Source: Blastocladiella emersonii ATCC 22665
Taxonomy: Eukaryota > Fungi > Blastocladiomycota
Length of the DNA: 64,000 nucleotides
Direction: 5' to 3'
NCBI GenBank assembly: GCA_025594325.1
Contig: JANHCV010000017.1
Location: 124,001-188,000, forward strand
Part shown: positions 1 through 9,074 of the stretch, piece after piece
How the letters are laid out: the number at the start of each line of letters is the position of its first letter
Position numbering within the stretch: the stretch's first letter is position 1
Notes under the pieces: model-generated
Seen by the model: the letters and a program-made list of their open reading frames with translations, nothing else
The model's database searches: none
Told to the model about the DNA's origin: nothing
Program-made: the position numbers and the translations under genes

Positions 1-761
1 GGCGGGGAGGGATCGGCGGGCGCGACCTTGATTAACGGAAGAGGGCGGGGAGCGGGGCGGGCCGGCGGGGACGGGCGCGCACTTTATACGGTCGGCGGCC
101 GTGAGGGCCTTGCGAGGGAACGCGTATCGCTATCGCGCGCACGCACGCGTCAGAGTCCGCTCCCACTCGGCACGCGTGTCTCCGAGCCCACGCCGCGCTG
201 AGGGAACTCTCGGGACCGCCTATTTTCAGCCGCGACGGCCGCGCGCACGTGAGCCGATTCCGCGCGACGCGTCCCCTTCGCGGGCTCGGCCGGGCGCCTT
301 TTCGCCTTGCTCGCGAACCCGATAAGCGACGCGCCGCTCATCCTCACGGGAGAGTCGGCGCGCCACGGGCCGGCCCGGCCGGGTCCTGGGTGGCGCCGTG
401 TCTCGGTCTGCTCGCCCCTCCCTCCTCCCTCCCGCGGTCGCGCCCGCCCTCGGCGCCCTGCTCCGCCGGGACTTGGCCGCGCGAGGCGCGACGCGACGAT
501 GCAGAGCAAAGTGCAGCGCTGAGTGCAGCGCCCCCGCCGCGATGTGACACTTTTCATCTCGCCGCACGTGGGCCGGAGCAGACCGGGCGCAGCGGGCCGG
601 CGCGCACGTGACGCGTGCTCGAGCGGCGCTCCGTGTTGCGTCGCGTTGCTGTTCCGGCCGCGCCCGCGCCCGCCTGAGACCGCCTGCGCCCGCCTGAGAC
701 CGCCCGAGACCGCCGACCGGCCGGCCGACCGACCGGACTCGCGCCGCCGGACCCGCCACCG

Positions 762-767
762 TATAAA
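762..767 (+). promoter_or_regulatory. TATA box of PCK1
   Basis: TATAAA about 90 bp upstream of an ATG in perfect Kozak context (gccgccaccATG at 853); CACGTG E-boxes at 246-251, 565-570 and 605-610. Confidence 0.55.
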
Positions 768-852
768 GCACCGCGGCGCCCCCCCGCTCCCTACGCTCGT
801 GCTCCTCTCCCGCCCCGCCCGCCCCGGCACCCCCACACCCCCCGCCGCCACC

Positions 853-2475
853 ATGACCTCGATCCCCAGCATCGCCGAGACGGTCAACGACCAGCTCCAC
901 AAGGAGGCCGGCATCGACTACTCCAAGGAGATCAAGCGCAACATCTCGGTTGCCCAGCTCTACGAGGACGCGCTCAAGTACGAGGACGGCACCTTCCTGT
1001 CGTCGACGGGCGCCCTCATCACCTCGTCGGGCGCCAAGAAGGGCCGCTCGCCGCGCGACAAGCGCATTGTCGAGGAGGAGACGAGCGCCCGCGACGTGTG
1101 GTGGGGCCCCGTCAACACCAAGATCTCCGAGTCCGTGTTCATGATCAACCGCGAGCGCGCCATCGACTACCTCAACACGCGCTCGCGCCTCTACGTCTTC
1201 GACGGCTTTGCCGGATGGGACCCCAAGCACCGCATCAAGGTCCGCATCGTGTGCGCCCGCGCCTACCACGCGCTCTTCATGCGCAACATGCTCATCCGCC
1301 CGACGGACGCGGAGCTCGCCGAGTTCGGCCACCCCGACTTCACCATCTTCAACGCCGGCCAGTTCCCCGCCAACCGCTACACCACGGGCATGACCTCGTC
1401 CACGTCCATTGCCATCAACTTCAAGCGTAAGGAGATGGTCATCCTCGGCACCCAGTACGCCGGCGAGATGAAGAAGGGCATCTTCACCATCATGCACTAC
1501 CTCATGCCCAAGCAGGGCGTCCTCTCGCTCCACTCGTCGGCCAACGAGGGCACCACCGACGGCGACGTGTCGCTCTTCTTCGGCCTCTCGGGCACGGGCA
1601 AGACCACCCTGTCCGCCGACCCGCACCGCAACCTGATCGGCGACGACGAGCACTGCTGGTCCGACGACGGCATCTTCAACATCGAGGGCGGCTGCTACGC
1701 CAAGACCATCGACCTCTCGGCCGACAAGGAGCCCGAGATCTTCAACGCCATCCGCTTCGGCTCGGTGCTCGAGAACGTGGTCTTCCACCCCGAGTCGCGC
1801 CTCGTCGACTACACGGACGCGTCGCTCACCGAGAACACGCGCTGCGCCTACCCGATCGAGTACATCCCCAACGCCAAGCTCCCCTGCATGGGCGGCCACC
1901 CCAAGAACATCATCCTGCTCACGTGCGACGCCTTCGGCGTCCTGCCGCCCGTCGCCAAGCTCACGTCGGCCCAGGCCATGTACCACTTCATCTCGGGCTA
2001 CACGGCCAAGATTGCCGGCACCGAGGAGGGCGTCACCGAGCCCCAGGCCACCTTCTCGGCCTGCTTCGGCCAGCCCTTCCTCGTCTGGCACCCGACCAAG
2101 TACGCCAACATGCTCGCCGAGAAGATGGAGCACCACAAGGCCGACGCCTGGCTCATCAACACGGGCTGGAACGGCGGCAAGTACGGCATCGGCAAGCGCA
2201 TCGCCCTCAAGTACTCGCGCGCCATCATCGACGCGATCCACTCTGGCGAGCTCGCCCAGCAGGAGTACGACGTGTACCCGACCTTTGGCCTGCACATCCC
2301 CAAGAAGTGCCCCGGCGTCCCCGACCACGTCCTCCACCCCAAGAAGGCCTGGCTCGGCTCCACCGAGGAGTTTGACGCCACCGTCGCCAAGCTCGCCAAG
2401 CTCTTTGTCGACAACTTTGCCCTCTACTCGTCCCAGGCCTCGGCCGAGGTCATTGCCGCCGGCCCGCAGCTCTAA
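853..2475 (+). CDS. PCK1: ATP-dependent phosphoenolpyruvate carboxykinase, 540 aa, single exon
   Basis: Motifs TGRSP-like [24 protein letters not shown]-loop [42 protein letters not shown]. Very strong GC3 bias. The ORF-track start at 523 is an upstream non-ATG extension. AATAAA at 2774-2779. Confidence 0.97.
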   Translation: MTSIPSIAETVNDQLHKEAGIDYSKEIKRNISVAQLYEDALKYEDGTFLSSTGALITSSGAKKGRSPRDKRIVEEETSARDVWWGPVNTKISESVFMINRERAIDYLNTRSRLYVFDGFAGWDPKHRIKVRIVCARAYHALFMRNMLIRPTDAELAEFGHPDFTIFNAGQFPANRYTTGMTSSTSIAINFKRKEMVILGTQYAGEMKKGIFTIMHYLMPKQGVLSLHSSANEGTTDGDVSLFFGLSGTGKTTLSADPHRNLIGDDEHCWSDDGIFNIEGGCYAKTIDLSADKEPEIFNAIRFGSVLENVVFHPESRLVDYTDASLTENTRCAYPIEYIPNAKLPCMGGHPKNIILLTCDAFGVLPPVAKLTSAQAMYHFISGYTAKIAGTEEGVTEPQATFSACFGQPFLVWHPTKYANMLAEKMEHHKADAWLINTGWNGGKYGIGKRIALKYSRAIIDAIHSGELAQQEYDVYPTFGLHIPKKCPGVPDHVLHPKKAWLGSTEEFDATVAKLAKLFVDNFALYSSQASAEVIAAGPQL

Positions 2476-2820
2476 CCGACCACCGCCCGCCCACACCCGT
2501 CCTCGGTTCGCAGACCCTCCAGAACAATTATTATAAATGTACATTTTGCTCGCCCAATCCCTCTGCCCGTTGCCGTGCTTGCTTTGCTCGCTCGTGAGTT
2601 CCTCCCTCAGCCAGAGCGGGACGCCCGTTCGCCTGCGCTCGTCAACTCGCACCTGCTTGTGCCTGCAGTTCGCCAGCGACTGCCACGGGTTGACATGGTC
2701 TCTCCCTCAAGCCGTTGCAACACCACCACCACAACGCTGCTCGGCTCCGCTCGAGGTCATCGCGAACAGCAGCAATAAATCAGTCAACGGCAGTGTATTC
2801 ATTCAATCACAACGTCGTCA

Positions 2821-5800
2821 TTACTGCAGAACCGTCACCTGCGCGTCAGAGTACCCGAGCTCGAGGAGCACCTCAACAATGTGGGCGTTGAAGCCCGCTG
2901 GACCGCAGATCAGGATGTTGGAGCTCTGCGGCGCGCCCGGCTCGTCGGCGCCCTCCTGCTCGTGCTCGTCGAGGCGAGCGTGGACGCGCGGCGACCCGTT
3001 GTAGCCGCGGCCAGCGAGTGCGCCTTCCATGTCGCCCGAATCCGCTGGCGCGGTGCCGTCGGGCCCGCCGCCAAGGAGCCCCGAGTTGCCGGGACCGTAG
3101 CTGGGAACGTCGGCCGCGCCTCCGTCGAGCAGGGGCGTGTACGCCATGGACGAGCGACGACGGCTCCGCTGCCGGGCCAGCGTCGTTGAAGCCGCCGCGA
3201 CGTGGCCGGTGCGGAGGAAGCGGATCGTGGACGATACCACGCTGGCGGCCGTGGTCGCAGCCGTCGTCGCCTCCTTGGACCCCGCCTCGCGACCTGCTGC
3301 GGCACCCAGAAGCGCCGCCGAGTCGCCCCCACTGCTACCGCCACTACTCGCCATGACGCCCGACGCGCCCGACGACGTGAGCGCGCTGCCGCCGGTGCCA
3401 AGCGTGGCGTCGAGGCGCGAAGATCCCGCGCGAGACATGGGGCGCGACCCACCCGCCGTGGCCCCCAAAGCTGCGGCCGAGGACGGCGGGCCGGCGCGCG
3501 GAGGCAGATACTTGCGAATGGCGCTCAGGCGCATCCTCCCCGCGACACGGATGATACCCTCGCCCGCGGACAACGGGGGCGAGCTGGGCTGGACGGCACC
3601 GCCATCCGCGCCTTCGGGAGGCGGAGTTCCTGGCGCGTCGCCGACGAAGAGGACAATCTGGGCGTTGGGGCCAAGTCGTTTCTGCAAGGCCTGCAGCTCC
3701 TCGACGTAGACGACATCGTCGGCAGAAGAGTACTGAGCGAGCAGGCACACGCGCGAGCTGATGTGACCCGTGGCCGGGTCGCGCGGAGCAAAGCGAGCAA
3801 GGTATTCCAGCCACAGGAGCATGGGCGTAAGTCCAGAGCCGGCCGAGATCATGGTGAGCCAGTCGAAGCAACCGTTCGTTTTGGAGTCTACGGCAAGCAT
3901 CTTGTTGGCATCGGGCGCGAGCTTCAAGAGCGGGCGGGGGCAGCGGATCGGGCCGCGGATCGCGATGCTCTCGCCAACGTCGCAATGGTTCAAGAGAGGA
4001 GTGAGCTCGCCCTTCGAGTAAATCTAATGCGGGTACGAGCGAAACGCTTCGTAAGTTGGATGATTCGTGGTCAAACGCGTCAAACGCACCTTGATAACGA
4101 GGTCGAGATGTCCCTTGGAGTACACCTCGACAGGCGTGTACGAACGCATCACGACCTTACCCAACTTGTCGACGAGTTGGAGCACGACCGAGTCGCCGGG
4201 GAGACACCAAAGCTCGCGCGACGGGTCGGAAAAGGCCAGGCGGAAGCGGTACACGGGCGCGGCGGCACCCGGTCCAGTGAGAAGCTGCTTCTCGATGAGC
4301 CGCAGCGCACGGAGCTTCACGGAGCTGAGTCCCTTGCTGGCAGTGTGCGGGATCCATGATGGGACCGGGAGTTCGTCATCAAGGCCGTTGGGGCCGTTGA
4401 GGTGGTTACGGCTCACCGCCACCGCGTCCTTGAGCCGGCCGACCAAAAGCGAGTTGAGCTTGAGACGCGCCCGCCGCGAGTGCATGTGTTGCTGGATTGG
4501 CGCCGAGGTGCTCATTCGGCGGTTGAGGCGGCCAAGCGTCGTGTTCGCAGCGACGAGAGACTCGGCACCCGGCTTGGGCTGCTGCACGCGCACGTTCCCT
4601 TCGAACGCATCAGTCGCGTCGACCCCAATGAACCGCCGAATGCCGTCACCCGGGTGCGAGTCGACAAACTGCGTCACGTCGTAGACATTGTCGTCAATGA
4701 CGAGCCAAAGCAGGCCCTCGCTGATCTTCAGGTTGATCTCGTCCCAGGAAAACTCGGGGACGTTCTTCTCCTCGTCGACTTCCTTGAAGAGCAGGGCCTG
4801 CGCGCGTTTCAAGGTATTGATGTTCTTGATGGCGACTTTGCCGTGGCGGTAGCGCCAGACCTCCGCCCCAGCGAGACCAAGGAGAACGATGGCCAGGAGA
4901 ACGGCAAGCAGGATCTTGAGCCATTCGAGCTCCGGGTACATATCGATGACCATATCGATGCCGAGGAACGAGTTGTAAAGGCCACCGACCCACACTGCGA
5001 GTCCAACAACAGCGTGGAGCCGACGGAGAAGGCGGTACAGACTGAGAGGAACGTTGAGGTCGTATGAGCCAAGGAGCCCGCTTGAGAAAACAAAGGCGAG
5101 AAGGCTGGCCACGATGATACCCAACGTTCCGTGCGGCAGGAGGAGAATGGAGATCCGGGACCCGATGACAGCGCTGAGCAACGAAACAAACACTTGTGAG
5201 ACGACGAAGATGTTGAGGCTCTGGTGGACCTCGAGCCAAGACTTGCTAACAATGTAGCGGGCGGCCACGATGCCAGACGGGATTGCAAAAAAGAAGGCCG
5301 AGACCATGAAGAAGCCGTGCATCAGCTTGAGACCAAGCGGCCAACCCTTTTCCGTCTCGTGGTCAAGCCCGCCGTCTGTCCCTCCGTCCCCTGAGTTATT
5401 GGTGGCGCTCGTGTCAAGGAAGAAGTCGACCTGGAAGTGATAACGCCGAGCGCCGTGGTAGCCGAGGGTGCCTGTGGTTCCGTACGCGAGGACGCAGCTG
5501 GTCAAGTTGCTGGAAGAAGTAGTGATGTTGAGATCGTAGGGGTCTGCGGAGAGGAGGGGCCGCGACCAGCGGTAATGGATCAAGCGTTGGCTGTCGACCC
5601 AGTAAGTGAGGTTGAGCGATGAGGCATCGCCAGTCTGAGCCGCGTCCAGCGATGGGCGGTAGCCGAGCGTGTAGCCGTCGGCCAGCATTGGTGCACCGTT
5701 GACCCACTGGACGAGCGCTATATCCGTCATTCCAGGCATGCCTGGGCCAATTCCAAGCGCGAGCCATCCCGAAGTCGCGGTGGTCACCTCCATGGCCACA

Positions 5801-7718
5801 GCGGACTTGTCCTCGCTGAGAGTCCAGTTGAAGGAGACATCCGTGGTGACTTGAACCCGACGCAGCGCAAAGCCGGCAGCAACAGGGTCTAGATTGCTAG
5901 TACCGTCGGACCCGGCAGCCGGCTTTGGCGGGAGGAAGGCCGTCGAAGCGTTGACCGCGGAGGTCAGGTCGCTGGGGAAGATTGCGATGTCAGTGTTGTC
6001 GCGGATGAGCGCATCAAAGTTGCGTCGCTTGACGATCCAAAAGTCGGTCGAGTTGATTGTAGAAGCGTTGCTGTAGTACCAGAACCGATCGGCAGAGACT
6101 GTGCGCAAGTGTTGAGCGGCAATAACGGCAGCGAAGGTGGTGCCGGTCCGTGCGTACGGCTTCGTGTCCTCGGCCCATGCTCCGACACATCCATCCACAT
6201 CGGCCACGCTCGGGTACAGCTGACGGAGGGCGTCCTGGACCAGTGGATTACGCGAGATGGCTGAAACGGACGTAACCGCGGGGAGACCAAGCGCAGTGCG
6301 GACAGCGGCATACTTGGGTACGCCGAGGTCGATTGAGCGATGCAAAGCGCGAGTGAAGAGCGAGTCGAGGCCAGCGGGGACCGAAGGCCCGAACTGGACC
6401 TCGTGATTGACCATGAGACCGCGCAGAATGGGATCGATCCCACCACTCGTGATCGCCGAAGCGTCAAACGAGGCCGACGCCAGGTCCAGGTGGCCAGCGG
6501 CGTGTGTCGAACCGTCGGCATTGACACGGTAAACGAGGCTGTTCTGGTTCGACAAGAAAAAGCGCGAGGCGCACGCCGCGAAGAAGGAATCGACAGCGGG
6601 GCTCGCCGTCGCACTGTACGTGTACCCCGCAGGCGCAGTCCCCGCCGAGCTGCCAATGACCTCGTCGTTGACCAAGTGCTGCCACTGTCCAATCGTAAAG
6701 CGGCGAGCAGCCTGGAACAGACTAGAGTGAGAACGAGCTGTGTGGTCAGTAGGCAGTCAGTGACAGTACATGAGTGGCCCATACTCTTCGTCGAGAACAA
6801 AGGTGCCGTTGGCCTTGAGCTCGCGGGCGCGCCGATTGTGCTCTCGAGCGTAAAGCGTGGTGATGGCAACGAGGGCCGGGTTCCGGTTGATGCGGAGATC
6901 TCCGGCCTGGAAGATGGGTTTGCCAGCGGGGATCGGCACGTCGTCAATGACAAGCGGGGAGTCGAGCGTGATGATCGGAAGCAAGTTGTTGGGGAGGTTC
7001 AAGAGCCCGCCCTGGCGCGTTCGAAGGCCGAGGGCCGTTGGGACGTCGGTGCCTGGGGTGTGGGTGAGCTCTATTGTCAGCGGACATGAGCGGGCGCGGT
7101 GTGTGGCAGGAAGGACGCACCGTAGAGGAACTCGAGGTCGAGGTAGGCGGTAGCGAGGTTGGTCGCCTGGCGCTCACCCCGAGGTCCGGTGTTGGAGCCA
7201 GCGACGCGGTTGTAGGGGATCAGAGCCGAGCCCGTGCAGAACTCGTCGAGCTCGGGGTCGCAGCGCGGGGCAGCGATCGGAGCGGGGTCGCCCGAGTTGG
7301 AGGCCAGCTCGACCAAGTCGTAGTAGACGAGCTCGTTGAGGGCGGCGAGGAGCGCGGGCCACTTGGCGGGCAGCGCGACCGACGCGGCGACCGTCGAGTT
7401 GAAGAAGAGCGCGTGCGAGATGTCTCGAGCAGACAGCGGGCGCAGCGACCCGCCAAACTGCTTGATCGTGGACGGGAGCGCATCGAAGCCGCTGGGGACG
7501 GAGGCGCGGGACAGCGGCGTGCCCACGGAGCCGAGTGCGGGATTGGCGACGTTGTTGCCGGAGCCGTCGAGGTTCGTGACGGGCCCGATGGGCGCGATGA
7601 CCTGGGCGGCAGCGAGGGCCCCGAGCAAGAGGACGAGCAGGGGGTGGGCGAGCAGAAGCGGGCGGCAAGGCGTGCCCCGGGGACGCGCGCGAGCCTGCGC
7701 GCCAGCAGTCTGCCTCAT
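2821..7718 (-). CDS. Fusion protein: signal peptide + animal-haem-peroxidase-like domain + DOMON + cytochrome b561 + cytochrome b5 + FAD/NAD(P)H-binding reductase; join(7718..7121,7052..6785,6721..4090,4023..2821), 1566 aa
   Basis: Three GT-AG introns (68, 63, 66 nt) join four ORFs into 4701 nt in frame. Peroxidase motifs LDGSGNN, TAYLDLEFLYG, GDLRINRNPAL, EHNR, DEDLFQAARRF, DLGVPKY, DRFWY. DOMON GWLALGIG..GM and YHG. b561 histidines MHG, VHQ, PHG, LHA. b5 VIDDNVYDVTQFVDSHPG...HS. Reductase RSYTP, AGSGLTPM, CGPAGF. Confidence 0.9.
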
Positions 7719-8311
7719 GTGGGGCAGCGGGCGGTGGGCAGGCAGGTGCGATCGGGCAGCGGGGAGGGCAATGGCGAGTCGGGCGCGGTCTGGCCCCAGC
7801 GGAGCGGCGGCGGCAGGGATGTCTAAGAATGCGAGCGAGTGCTCCCGAGTGGGTGCATCTGGTGCGGCGGGGAGGGCGCGCGAGCGGGCGTGCGAAGCAG
7901 CGCGCCTGGCAGCGCGCGGCGCCCGTGCCCGTGCCCGTGCCCGGCGGCGCGCATCACGGCGTGCATGGCCTGGCTCGCGCGGGGCACCCGCCGCTGGCCG
8001 GGAGACGTGCCGGGAGACGCGGCGGCTGCTGCCCCCTGCGCGGCCGAGGCCGAGAGACGCGACCGCGACCGCGACCGCGACCGGTGCGAGATACTGGCCG
8101 CGCGTCAGCTGACTGGCGGAGCGCCACGCGCGGGCTGGCCCGCACGTCTCAGGTCCGGCCAGCTCTTGCCCGCCCGTCGGCGACCACTCAGCGTCCACCA
8201 CCGCGCTCCACACGCTTCTGCAAGGCATGTAACTTGATGAATTATGGCCTTGGTGCTCATGGGAATCCTCTAACCCTCCTTCGGCGCCGGCGCCCCAGGA
8301 GCGTCCCGGCC

Positions 8312-9016
8312 ATGACTGGACCGCCCGACGCGAGGACGAGCGACAATCGCCTGGCGCCGCAGTATGCTCAGGCTCTCTTGGACTTGTCGGCGGCCGGAGC
8401 TTCCTTGACCGCGGCCGCGCGCACCTGGCGATCGGCCGTCCGCGCGATTGAGGCGCAGCTGGCTTCCATGAACAGCGCGCTGAGCCAGGTGAGCGGAGAC
8501 AATGCCTGTCCCCTGACCTTGCTGGGGCTCGACCTACCCGGCGCTCACTTGTCCACGGGGACCCCCTTGCACGATCGCCTTGCCGGCTTGCAGAGCTCCA
8601 ACCTCGAATCCGCTTATCATAACGTGCTTGCGAGCGCCACGCGGGAGCTCGCGCCTGCCCTGGATGGCGTCCGCAAAGCCCTCCTTTCCGCCATGCGGAT
8701 TGCTCGCAGCGCCGAGTCGACGGCAGCGTCCCGGTCGACCCTTGATTTCAGCAGCGAACATGTCCTCATGATTGCAGCAGGCGAGCTTGCCGACTGCGCT
8801 GAGCTTCTCGCCTCGCAGTTCGAACACAACACCGACGCAACTCTCCATCTGTGTTCAGTGCGCCTCCCTGCGGCACTTGCCGGCGGCGACCTTGTCGAGA
8901 TGCACAAGTGCCTCGAACTTCTCTCCACCTCAGGTCGCGCGAGCGATGTGCCCTTGCTGCACCTCGCTGAACGCTGCGAAACATGGAAGCTGTGGTCGGC
9001 CGGGCGCGCCGTCTAG
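8312..9016 (+). CDS. Hypothetical helical protein (~234 aa)
   Basis: Long open frame with an Ala/Leu-rich helical pattern, divergent from the fusion gene and convergent with the glycosyltransferase. Start codon uncertain; no family motif recognised. Confidence 0.45.
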   Translation: MTGPPDARTSDNRLAPQYAQALLDLSAAGASLTAAARTWRSAVRAIEAQLASMNSALSQVSGDNACPLTLLGLDLPGAHLSTGTPLHDRLAGLQSSNLESAYHNVLASATRELAPALDGVRKALLSAMRIARSAESTAASRSTLDFSSEHVLMIAAGELADCAELLASQFEHNTDATLHLCSVRLPAALAGGDLVEMHKCLELLSTSGRASDVPLLHLAERCETWKLWSAGRAV

Positions 9017-9074
9017 TCATCTCGGGTTACACCGGCAGTTGAAGATTGATTGAATACGAGCCGAGTATCCTCTC

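Noticed and set aside
226-2652. 808-aa minus-strand ORF and similar long antisense ORFs (4067-5067, 18924-20060, 30871-32091, 37095-38162)
   Set aside because: Shadow frames of GC3-biased real genes or TE ORFs; no independent motifs.
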